A stretch of DNA of 64,000 nt from an uncultured Desulfobacter sp. (GTDB lineage: Bacteria > Desulfobacterota > Desulfobacteria > Desulfobacterales > Desulfobacteraceae). The notes beneath the pieces are model-generated. The model was given only the letters and a program-made list of their open reading frames with translations, ran no database searches and had not been told where the DNA came from. Positions 20,793 to 28,946 of the stretch are shown here, one piece after another (position 1 is the first letter of the stretch; every line of letters begins with the position of its first letter). The DNA lies in NCBI GenBank assembly GCA_963665095.1, contig OY762069.1, positions 4,000,001 to 4,064,000 on the forward strand. Reading direction: 5' to 3'. The translations under genes and the position numbers were made by a program.

Positions 20793-22601
20793 ATGGCACA
20801 AATACTTGCCGATCGCAGGGATATCAGCTTTGTTCTCCATGAGATGTATGAAATTGGAAATTTGAGCGAACATGATAAGTTTGCAGATTTTTCTCCCAAA
20901 GTGATGGACATGGTGGTCAACGAGGCCAGAAATCTTGCGATAAAAGAGATCTATCCCACCTGGAAAACAGGTGATGAACAGGGGTGTAAATTTGAGGGGG
21001 GCAATGTCACCCTGCCTGAAGGATATAAAGAGGCATGGCAATGCCTTGTGGAGGGCGAGTGGCTGGCCATGGACCGGGCGGTTGAGTATGGCGGGCAGGG
21101 TATGCCTGAAACCCTGTCCATGGCGGCCCGGGAATACCTGGTGGCGGCCAATATGTCCCTTTTAATGCTGGGCGTACTCAACCATGGCAGTGGAAAAATC
21201 ATTGAGGTGTTCGGTTCCCAGGAGCAGAAAGATACCTATCTTAAAAAGGTTTACTCTGGAGAGTGGGGCGCCACCATGCTTTTGACAGAAGCTGAAGCCG
21301 GCTCCGATCTCAATGCCATGAGTACTACGGCCACAAGAAACCCGGACGGTACCTTTAATATTGTGGGCAACAAACTGTTTATCACCGGGGGGGATACGGA
21401 TCTGGCCGAAAACATAATCCATCCGGTGCTGGCCCGCATTGAAGGGGCCCCTGAAGGCACCCGGGGGATCTCTTTGTTTCTGGTGCCCAAGTTCCATGTC
21501 AATGCTGACGGCTCCCTGGGGGACCGCAATGACATTTACTGTACCGGCATTGAAGAGAAGATGGGCCTGCACGGCAGTCCCACCTGCACCATGGCCATGG
21601 GCGGCAAGGGGCAGTGTGTCGGCACCCTGCTGGGAGAGGAAAACAAGGGCCTTGCCTCCATGTTCCTGATGATGAATGAGGCGCGTCTGCTCACCGGCGG
21701 CCAGGGGCTTTCCTGTTCATCCGCATCCTACCTTCATGCCCTGGACTATGCCCGTACCCGGCTGCAGGGTGGAAAGATGGGGGATAAAGATAAAAAGCAG
21801 GTGCCCATTATCAACCATCCGGATGTCCGCAGGATGCTCATGACCATGAAGATGTATGTGGAAGGCATGCGCAGCCTTCACTACTTCATTGCCAGCAGTG
21901 AAGACCGGAAACACCTGGTGGATGATCCTGCCAAAAAGGAAAAATACCAGAACCTGATCGATATCTTGATTCCTGTGGCAAAGGGGTATGTCACCGACCG
22001 TGCCATTGATGTGTGCAACCTGGGTATCCAGATTTTCGGCGGATACGGTTTTACCCAGGAGTTCCCGGTGGAACAGCTGCTGCGTGACGTGCGTATCACC
22101 TCCATCTATGAAGGAACCAACGGGATCCAGGCCATGGATCTGCTCGGCCGGAAAATGACATTGAAGAATGGACAGCTTTTCAAGGATCTGGTCAAAGAGA
22201 TTGAGGCCACCATGGAAAGCGCCATGCAGATTGACCAGGTAAAGGATTTTGCATCCAAAATGGTGCCTGTGATGGAGAAATGGCAGCAGGCCGCCCGTCA
22301 CCTGGTTGAAACTGCCATGGGTCCGGAATTGCTTAAAGGCTACGTCCACGCCTGTCCCTTCCTGGATCTGACCGGTGATGTGGTCATGGCCTGGATGCTG
22401 TTATGGCGGGCGGTGGTGGCGTCTGAAAAACTGGAAGGAAAGGTAAAAAAGAAAGATAAGGCCTTTTATGAAGGTCAGATAAAAACCGCCCAGTTTTTCA
22501 TCCGTTCGGTCCTGCCGGTCAGTTCCGGTCGCGCAGACAGTATTTTAGATACCTGTGGCGCCCCGGTTGAAATGGAAGAAGACGGATTTGGCGGCAAATA
22601 A
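20793..22601 (+). CDS. Acyl-CoA dehydrogenase (about 600-aa FadE5/DmdC-like)
   Basis: LTEAEAGSD, KLFITGG, IEEKMGLHGSPTC, GGYGF, IYEGTNGIQA. Confidence 0.93.
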   Translation: MAQILADRRDISFVLHEMYEIGNLSEHDKFADFSPKVMDMVVNEARNLAIKEIYPTWKTGDEQGCKFEGGNVTLPEGYKEAWQCLVEGEWLAMDRAVEYGGQGMPETLSMAAREYLVAANMSLLMLGVLNHGSGKIIEVFGSQEQKDTYLKKVYSGEWGATMLLTEAEAGSDLNAMSTTATRNPDGTFNIVGNKLFITGGDTDLAENIIHPVLARIEGAPEGTRGISLFLVPKFHVNADGSLGDRNDIYCTGIEEKMGLHGSPTCTMAMGGKGQCVGTLLGEENKGLASMFLMMNEARLLTGGQGLSCSSASYLHALDYARTRLQGGKMGDKDKKQVPIINHPDVRRMLMTMKMYVEGMRSLHYFIASSEDRKHLVDDPAKKEKYQNLIDILIPVAKGYVTDRAIDVCNLGIQIFGGYGFTQEFPVEQLLRDVRITSIYEGTNGIQAMDLLGRKMTLKNGQLFKDLVKEIEATMESAMQIDQVKDFASKMVPVMEKWQQAARHLVETAMGPELLKGYVHACPFLDLTGDVVMAWMLLWRAVVASEKLEGKVKKKDKAFYEGQIKTAQFFIRSVLPVSSGRADSILDTCGAPVEMEEDGFGGK

Positions 22602-22732
22602 TAAAAAGGTAAGGGATGCGGGGCCGGCAATAAGAGTCTGTGCTGCTCATGTTGGGGGAACCGGCCCTGCATTTCATCCGATTATAGATTCAAATCCTGC
22701 TATTCTAAATAGGTTCTGAAAATTGCCGGGAA

Positions 22733-23182
22733 TTAAATATCCATTTGCAGGTTTATGAATTCACTTCTTTCAAATCCTAGGGTTTTGCAGAAAGAAAGAA
22801 GGTCCGTGGAGTCCCATCTAACAGAGGTATACACATTTTTGATGCCCATGGCGTGGTATAAGTTGAAAATTTCCTGGGCCATTTTTCTTCCAACCCCCTG
22901 GCCCATGTATTTGGGATGGACCCCCATGGTGGCAATGTATGCATTTTTATCCGCACCGAACCCAAGCGGCAGCAGGTAACTGATCATAAACCCGACAACC
23001 TGGCCGTTGAAAACCGACACAAAATGCCCCTCGTTTTTTTCCTGGGAGGCATGTTCCCGAACCACTTCCGTGAATTTGGGGCTTATGACTTTCTGGGTGA
23101 TCAGGCTGTATATTTCACTGATGGCATCGGCGTCTTCAGTCTGCAATTTCCGGACAGTTAATTCTAAAGTTTCTGGCTCCAT
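22733..23182 (-). CDS. GNAT N-acetyltransferase, paralog 1
   Basis: Acyl-CoA motif A: MGVHPKYMGQGVG; VYTSVRWDS.DLLSF.K..GF. Confidence 0.85.
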   Translation of the reverse strand: MEPETLELTVRKLQTEDADAISEIYSLITQKVISPKFTEVVREHASQEKNEGHFVSVFNGQVVGFMISYLLPLGFGADKNAYIATMGVHPKYMGQGVGRKMAQEIFNLYHAMGIKNVYTSVRWDSTDLLSFCKTLGFERSEFINLQMDI

Positions 23183-23199
23183 TTTTCCCTCAGTTGATT

Positions 23200-23406
23200 T
23201 TATTCAATTCTGATGATTTTTACACGACGGCCGACCCAATCGGGAGGCAGATAAACCCTGCCGCTGTTGCCACTGAGTTTAACCTCCTTTTCGATCATTT
23301 CCTCTCCATAAACTTCAAATTTAACCTTGGTGGTCATACTTAAGTTTCCATCACCTGAAGGCTCATTATCTGGAGTGATCTGTTTTTTTCCCCCTGAAAT
23401 ATTCAT
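23200..23406 (-). CDS. Small DUF2080-like protein (putative AbrB/SpoVT-like swapped-hairpin DNA binder)
   Basis: KFEVYGEEMIEKEVKLSGNSGRVYLPPDWVGRRVKIIRI matches the K.V...GNSG.VYLP..W.G..V.II pattern recalled for DUF2080; alternative start at 23337. Confidence 0.75.
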   Translation of the reverse strand: MNISGGKKQITPDNEPSGDGNLSMTTKVKFEVYGEEMIEKEVKLSGNSGRVYLPPDWVGRRVKIIRIE

Positions 23407-23575
23407 AAATTATGTAAACTTTCAATGTTGTGAACGAATGTGTAAAAGTGTTTTCAAAGACGCTGCAATCGTTCAAAAGTAGCAATTAATTAACCGAAAC
23501 AAAACGCATATCAAACCCAGTCGCTTGAAGATTTCCCTAACATCAACACATAGGCAAGTCAAGGGCTTTGTCTGC

Positions 23576-24028
23576 TTACAGATTATATTTTAAATTGATA
23601 AAATTACTGCTGTTGAACTCCACGGTTTTAAAAAAGGAGAGAAGATCGGCTGAGTCCCATCGTACAGAGGTATAAACTTTTTTAATTCCCGATTGCTGAT
23701 AGTATTTAATGATCTGTTCAATCATGGCCGCACCAATGGTCTGGCCCATATACCGGGGATGAATGCCCATGGTCGCGATATATGCACTCTCTTCGGCTTC
23801 AAATCCTAATTTGAGAATATAGCTGATGATAAAGCCGATTACTTCCCCTTCAATTTCAGCCACAAAATTCACTTCGTGGGAGTGGGTATAGCTGTGCCTT
23901 TCCACCATTTCTTCAATATTATTTTCTTCCGCAGTGTGCTGGGTAATCAGTTCAAAAATCCGGCTGATTGCCTTGGCATCCTGGGGCGTCATTTTTCGGA
24001 TGGAAATGGCACTTTTATCAATAGTCAT
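23576..24028 (-). CDS. GNAT N-acetyltransferase, paralog 2
   Basis: MGIHPRYMGQTIG; VYTSVRWDSADLLSFFK; colinear with 22733-23182. Confidence 0.85.
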   Translation of the reverse strand: MTIDKSAISIRKMTPQDAKAISRIFELITQHTAEENNIEEMVERHSYTHSHEVNFVAEIEGEVIGFIISYILKLGFEAEESAYIATMGIHPRYMGQTIGAAMIEQIIKYYQQSGIKKVYTSVRWDSADLLSFFKTVEFNSSNFINLKYNL

Positions 24029-24053
24029 GTTTTCCCCTTCGGCCCTTTAGGTC

Positions 24054-24138
24054 GTGCCTGAACACAAACCTTCTGCTTGGGCGCAAAATTACCCATCTGC
24101 AGCAGCAACACGGCCGATGGGTAATTTGCGTACAGACA
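24054..24138. repeat. Short copy of the REP/MITE-like repeat
   Basis: GTGCCTGAAC tail followed by hairpin CGCAAAATTACCCATC...GATGGGTAATTTGCG; abuts the MFS stop codon. Confidence 0.7.
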
Positions 24139-25404
24139 TTAGATGTTGCCCACGCCTTCACGTTCAAGGGTGTTCGCTGTAATGGCAACATTCTCCGCGT
24201 TTCTTCTTCGGTTCAGAATCATTTTGCTGATCAGCGCAAAACCAATGCCCATGAAACTTAGAATGCTTGCGATCATGAACGCCTGGGAATAGTTCCCGCT
24301 GCTGGCTTTCATGACGGCAGCAAGTCTTGGGCCGATAAAGGCAGCAGCACCAAAAGGCAGAAACATCACGCCGAAATTGACTGCCAGATTTTTGGGCCCA
24401 AAAGCGTCCGCCGTGATGGGGGCGATCATTCCCATAAAGCCGCCAAAACAGGAGCCTGCCACAAGCACGGGAACCACTACGGCAACCGGGGTGGTCGCCA
24501 GCCAGAGCATGGAGCCTCCCAGTACACTGTATATAATAAGGATGGACGGGATACGCCCGAGTTTGTCTGAAATAAACCCCCAGCCGGCACGGCCGCAGGA
24601 GTTAAATATGGCCAGGATCCCCACATAGGAACCGGCTGCTATGGCGGTAAATCCTCCCACGGACTGCAAAATGGGCGAAGCATGGGCCACAACCATTAAC
24701 CCTGCGATGCCGCCTGTGACATAAACAGCTGCCAGGCAGTAATATAAAGGATCCACCAGCATCTGGTTCCAGGTTTTGTCCACCACATTCAGATTTTTCT
24801 GCTGGGTTTCCGAGGGTGTCCAGCCTTCAGGGGTATAATCTGCCGGTGCCGTCTTAATCAACAAAGACAACAGGCATAATGTCACCAGATAAAGAATGCC
24901 AAGCATTTTAAAAGTGGGCAAAACAGAATAGCTTTTAATCATTATTGCAGCCACAGGTGCCCAGAGCAGTGCGCCGGAACCCACGCCTGCAGCCAGGACG
25001 CCGGATGCCAGACCCCGGCGGTCCGGAAAAAAGCGAACGATATTTGGCACCACGCCGGAGTATATAGTTCCCATGGATACCCCGCCAAGCACCCCATAAA
25101 AAAAGTAAAGCTGTGTCAGGCTGGTAACATAACCCACACCCAGCATGCCCACACCGTACATAATACTGCCGGTCAGGATAACGTATTTTGGCTGGACATA
25201 ATCCTGCAATTTTCCGGCGATGATAATGGGGATACAGGAAATCGTATGAAAAATAGCAAACGCAACAGAGACGTCTGCCACACTCCAGCTGAAATGTGCT
25301 GAAAGCGGATTGACAAACACACTCCACGCATATGTTTGACCGATAATAATGTTGATAATGGTACCAAATGCCAGGTAAAGCCAGCGCTTCTGTTCTGTTT
25401 TCAT
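24139..25404 (-). CDS. OFA-family MFS transporter (oxalate:formate antiporter-like, monocarboxylate)
   Basis: YAWSVF, FFPDRRGLASG, GR..WG.ISDKLGR, FGPKN...NFG; about 12 hydrophobic segments. Confidence 0.88.
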   Translation of the reverse strand: MKTEQKRWLYLAFGTIINIIIGQTYAWSVFVNPLSAHFSWSVADVSVAFAIFHTISCIPIIIAGKLQDYVQPKYVILTGSIMYGVGMLGVGYVTSLTQLYFFYGVLGGVSMGTIYSGVVPNIVRFFPDRRGLASGVLAAGVGSGALLWAPVAAIMIKSYSVLPTFKMLGILYLVTLCLLSLLIKTAPADYTPEGWTPSETQQKNLNVVDKTWNQMLVDPLYYCLAAVYVTGGIAGLMVVAHASPILQSVGGFTAIAAGSYVGILAIFNSCGRAGWGFISDKLGRIPSILIIYSVLGGSMLWLATTPVAVVVPVLVAGSCFGGFMGMIAPITADAFGPKNLAVNFGVMFLPFGAAAFIGPRLAAVMKASSGNYSQAFMIASILSFMGIGFALISKMILNRRRNAENVAITANTLEREGVGNI

Positions 25405-25453
25405 TCTTTGCCCCCCATCATGATTGAAAAGTTGATTGTGAAAAGTAAGAAGA

Positions 25454-25527
25454 TGTAACTATAAAATGTATACAATACAGCTTCTTTATAAGAAGAATAA
25501 TTATATTGTAGCTATAATGTTGTCAAG
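25454..25527 (-). promoter_or_regulatory. Promoter of the MFS-GNAT genes with TARYTA-like operator array
   Basis: TGTCAA 25521-25526; cores AACT 25457, AGCT 25479, AATT 25499, AGCT 25510; minus strand reads TTGACA-N15-TATAAT. Confidence 0.65.
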
Positions 25528-25681
25528 AATAATTTTTAGCAGCAGCGTTGCGAAACCGCAGACACCTTTTTAAATTGGGTCACCCTGAAGGGCAGTGGAT
25601 ATAATGGAGATATGATAAAGAAAGATAACCGTGATTGCCGGGAACAGGCTTAATCAAAGCCTGCTTAGGCCGGCAGGATCG

Positions 25682-26308
25682 TCATAGAATTTTCTTAGGC
25701 TCATTTTTCCTGAAAAAACTTTTAATCCTTCTAAACAGTGCTTTGATTCCCCGCCATATTTTAGGCAGCAGCCAGGCAACCAGGCAAAGAAATCCGATCA
25801 AAAGAATTAAAAACAAAATAGGATAATGAAGGGCTGCCAGAATGCCACCAATGACGGCCACATCCTCCAGCACGGAGGCAATCCAGTTGGAAAAGGGTTC
25901 AGGCGAGGCATTGATGAGTATCCTGGAACCGGATTTTGTCAGATGACTGCCTGCGGCCAGTCCACCGCCCATTATCCCTGCGGCAAGAGACAAAGCAGGG
26001 TTGACATCCCCCACTGCCCCTGCTGCAATCATCACCCCGGCCGGAATCCGGATAAACGTGTGGATGGTATCCCACCCCGTATCAACACCTGGTGTTTTGT
26101 CTGCAAAGAACTCTACACAGTACATGAATCCGGACGCCCACAGCACCACAGGCTCGGATAACATTTCAAGGCCCTGGGGCAGCACCAGGTTACCGGTGGC
26201 GTCCAGAAGCCCCAGGACAAATACCGTGGCATACAGATTGATGCCGCTGGCCCATGCAGCACCCATGCTCAAAGATATGGTTTTAACAATCTGATCAAAG
26301 GATTCCAT
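25682..26308 (-). CDS. DUF4126-type membrane protein
   Basis: GAAWASGINLYA, EFFADK.PGVD..WD.IHTFIR, PEPFSNW..S..ED. Confidence 0.85.
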   Translation of the reverse strand: MESFDQIVKTISLSMGAAWASGINLYATVFVLGLLDATGNLVLPQGLEMLSEPVVLWASGFMYCVEFFADKTPGVDTGWDTIHTFIRIPAGVMIAAGAVGDVNPALSLAAGIMGGGLAAGSHLTKSGSRILINASPEPFSNWIASVLEDVAVIGGILAALHYPILFLILLIGFLCLVAWLLPKIWRGIKALFRRIKSFFRKNEPKKIL

Positions 26309-26534
26309 GGCTTAAATTCCTTTTGTTATTTTCCACGGATCAGGCAGGGGGGGCGCTTTAATCCGGCCCACTGCCCAGTCGATTCTTTAAGGATACCTTT
26401 ACCGGCGAATTTAAAAAACCTTAAAAACAATAAAACTGAAACCGCTCTGCGCTGTTAATGTATCAAAAAGGCGCCATTTTACCGTTGATTAATGGAAATC
26501 TGGCATTTAAAATCTATTATCCTTAAAAAGTTAA

Positions 26535-26562
26535 GTAACCATTGGCCTAACCTGTTCGTTAT
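26535..26562 (+). promoter_or_regulatory. ECF-sigma-type promoter
   Basis: GTAAC-N17-CGTT (AAC 26537-39, CGT 26557-59), about 45 nt upstream of the operon containing the ECF sigma. Confidence 0.6.
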
Positions 26563-26602
26563 ACTACCAGTGAAGATCAGATAATTTTTTAAAAGGGCTG
26601 AT

Positions 26603-27430
26603 ATGAAACACATTACAATCATTATATCTTTATTATTCAGTATAATAACCACGGCAGGTGCAGCAGACCCAGGACCGCTTTCTACAGAAGAGCTCCGGCA
26701 AGTGCGCACACAGGCCCGGGAACTTACCAATGCCGGGATTCCCGAGTCCGCTGCCGTTGAAATGCTGACAGCCATGGTGCAAAACAGATTTTCCAGTGAC
26801 GCTCAATCCCAGGCCCGGAATATCGTGGCAGCATCTGTTAAAGCGGGACTGCCCCATGGCCCCCTGATTGAAAAGACAATGGAAGGAATCGCCAAAGGGG
26901 CCGGCGACAAACAGATAGTCAGCGCCTTGCAGGCCGTGGCAGACAGGTATGCAAACAGCTTTCAGATGGCCCGGGAATTAAAACAGTCCGGACAAAAGAC
27001 AGACAGGTTATCGGAAATAATTGCCGGGTGCCTTGCCTCGGGAATGGAACCCGGTGACATGAAAGGCCTGGCCCGAACAATTTCTGAACAGGCAAAAAAT
27101 AACCAGGCTGACCCGGAAACTGCCATCCGGACCATGCAGGTGGCACGGACTATGGCAAGACGGGGTGTAAAATCAGGTACAATTAAAGATGTATTAACCA
27201 CTGCTGTAAAAACAGGGATGTCAATGGAAGAGATGGTACAGTTACAGCAACAGGAAAGGCATCAATTTGAAGGAAATCAAAATTCAAAAGCCAGCGGTAA
27301 CCAGGGGGGTAGTTCAGCCGGCCGGGGTGGATCAGGAAACAGCAGCGGTGGCCAGGGAGGATCAGGAGGCAGTGACGGAGGTGGAGGGAAAGGGGGAAAC
27401 GGTTCAGGCGGATCCGGCCGGGGCCAATGA
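26603..27430 (+). CDS. Secreted hypothetical helical protein with Gly/Ser-rich tail
   Basis: Signal peptide (..TAGA|AD); C-terminal GGSGG-rich low-complexity segment. Confidence 0.75.
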   Translation: MKHITIIISLLFSIITTAGAADPGPLSTEELRQVRTQARELTNAGIPESAAVEMLTAMVQNRFSSDAQSQARNIVAASVKAGLPHGPLIEKTMEGIAKGAGDKQIVSALQAVADRYANSFQMARELKQSGQKTDRLSEIIAGCLASGMEPGDMKGLARTISEQAKNNQADPETAIRTMQVARTMARRGVKSGTIKDVLTTAVKTGMSMEEMVQLQQQERHQFEGNQNSKASGNQGGSSAGRGGSGNSSGGQGGSGGSDGGGGKGGNGSGGSGRGQ

Positions 27431-27917
27431 GCTGTCCGACTTAACTTTCGACCGTTTTTATCAGACATACAAAGACCGAATTGTTTCCTACCTGTTTAAA
27501 CTGACAGGCGATTACCAGAACTCACTGGATTTTATGCAGGAAAGCTTTGCCCGGTATTTTTCCCGTTACCGGCACCGGGAAAAAAGCCAGGCATTGTTAT
27601 TTACCATAGCCAGAAACACGGTATTTGATTCTGCAAGGAAAAATAAGAGGGAAACCGTTGCAGACAGCATTGAACCGGTCTGTGATGAAACCCCGGAGGC
27701 GCAACTGATACAAAAACAGAAGGGTGCGCATATTGCCCGGGCCTTTGGACAACTTTCCTCGGATGACCAGCAGCTGCTTTCCATGGTCTCTTCGCAAAAC
27801 CTGACATACCGGCAGATTGGAAACCGTCTGGGTTTAAGTGAAAGTAACGTCAAGGTCAGGGTTCACCGGGCCAGAATCAGGCTCATGGGCCTTCTTAAAA
27901 ACGGAGAAGAACAATGA
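27381..27917 (+). CDS. ECF RNA polymerase sigma factor (start uncertain)
   Basis: Region 2 DFMQESF..LFTIARN.VFD; region 4 LTYRQIG..LGLSESNVKVRVHRAR; GTG 27381 preceded by AGGAGG. Confidence 0.85.
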   Translation: MEGKGETVQADPAGANELSDLTFDRFYQTYKDRIVSYLFKLTGDYQNSLDFMQESFARYFSRYRHREKSQALLFTIARNTVFDSARKNKRETVADSIEPVCDETPEAQLIQKQKGAHIARAFGQLSSDDQQLLSMVSSQNLTYRQIGNRLGLSESNVKVRVHRARIRLMGLLKNGEEQ

Positions 27918-28462
27918 AACACCTTTCCAGCCAATATATTGATGATGAGATGACCCTTCAGGAAAAACAAACCTTCATCACCAGCATCCGAAAGGATGAA
28001 CAATTTTACATAATTACCCGAGATCTGATTGAACAGGAACAAGTGTTGCGTTCTCATTTATCAGCATTAAAACCGAAACTTCGTGGATTACAGATATCAA
28101 AAGCAAAACCCATTGGGTATGCCCTGGCATGTTCAGTCCTGGTGGTATTGGGCTATCTTTTAAATATTCACTCCCCGGAGACAGTCGCGCCTCCCCTTGT
28201 AAGCAGCCGGTTTATTATTTACCAGCCTGAGGCCCACCAGGTGGAACTGGCAGGATCTTTCAACGGATGGAAAAAAATCCCACTGACACCCATTGGAAGC
28301 AGTGGCTACTGGGAAGTACGCATTCCGCTTTCGTCCGGTGAGTACCGGTTTGCCTATATCCTGAACGGAGATAAGAAAATTGCCGATCCAACCGTCCCTG
28401 GAAGGGAACAGGATGATTTTGGAGGTGTTAATTCTATTTTACACATTGAGATACCCATATGA
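27914..28462 (+). CDS. Anti-sigma factor with extracytoplasmic CBM48/AMPK-beta-like glycogen-binding domain
   Basis: N-terminal LSSQYIDDEM (anti-sigma-like), one TM, then V.LAGSFNGW, GYWEV, GEYRFAYILNG, ADP, DDFGGVNS. Confidence 0.8.
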   Translation: MKHLSSQYIDDEMTLQEKQTFITSIRKDEQFYIITRDLIEQEQVLRSHLSALKPKLRGLQISKAKPIGYALACSVLVVLGYLLNIHSPETVAPPLVSSRFIIYQPEAHQVELAGSFNGWKKIPLTPIGSSGYWEVRIPLSSGEYRFAYILNGDKKIADPTVPGREQDDFGGVNSILHIEIPI

Positions 28463-28794
28463 TGAAGTACATGGCAACCTTTTGTCTGGCAGTCGCCATT
28501 GCAGCCGGATGCAGCCGCACACACTATTACAGGCGGGGAAAGGATAATCTGGTATTGTATCTGAAAGCACCTGCCGCCCAAAAGGTCTTTTTTGTATCAA
28601 ACCTGAATAATTTCAAACCGGTTCCGGCACAGAAAGTGTCTGGAGCCTGGGAGATTCACCTGCCGGCCGGCAGGTCTTTTTCTTATTTTTATATTGTTGA
28701 TAATCACCCGGTGACACCTGCATGTCGTTTGAAAGAAACGGATGATTTCGGATCTGAGAACTGTATTTTTGATCCGGATGTTACCAGGAATTGA
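28459..28794 (+). CDS. Lipoprotein with CBM48-like domain
   Basis: Lipobox AAGC; A.KVFFVSNLNNF, GAWE, YFYIVD, DDFGSENC. Confidence 0.75.
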   Translation: MMKYMATFCLAVAIAAGCSRTHYYRRGKDNLVLYLKAPAAQKVFFVSNLNNFKPVPAQKVSGAWEIHLPAGRSFSYFYIVDNHPVTPACRLKETDDFGSENCIFDPDVTRN

Positions 28795-28910
28795 TGCGCC
28801 TGTTATACGCACCATATAACCTGAAAATGAAATTCAGACAGAAGACCGAGCAGGAACCCGCCTTAAACCTGCAGACACACAGACGGGTTCCATACTGGGA
28901 AGGGCTTTTA

Positions 28911-28946
28911 GGCAGCAAGTTAAAATAACTTATTCACCTTGCTGCC
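28911..28946. terminator. Hairpin between convergent genes
   Basis: GGCAGCAAG...CTTGCTGCC inverted repeat adjoining the MCP stop. Confidence 0.5.

Noticed and set aside
23200..23406. DUF2080 as evidence of a transposon, or GNAT plus small protein as a toxin-antitoxin pair
   Set aside because: No transposase or IRs nearby; the GNATs are short, duplicated and embedded in a metabolic cluster. A TA role is not excluded but is unsupported
27290..27430. GGN-rich low-complexity DNA as a tandem repeat
   Set aside because: Explained by the Gly/Ser-rich protein tail
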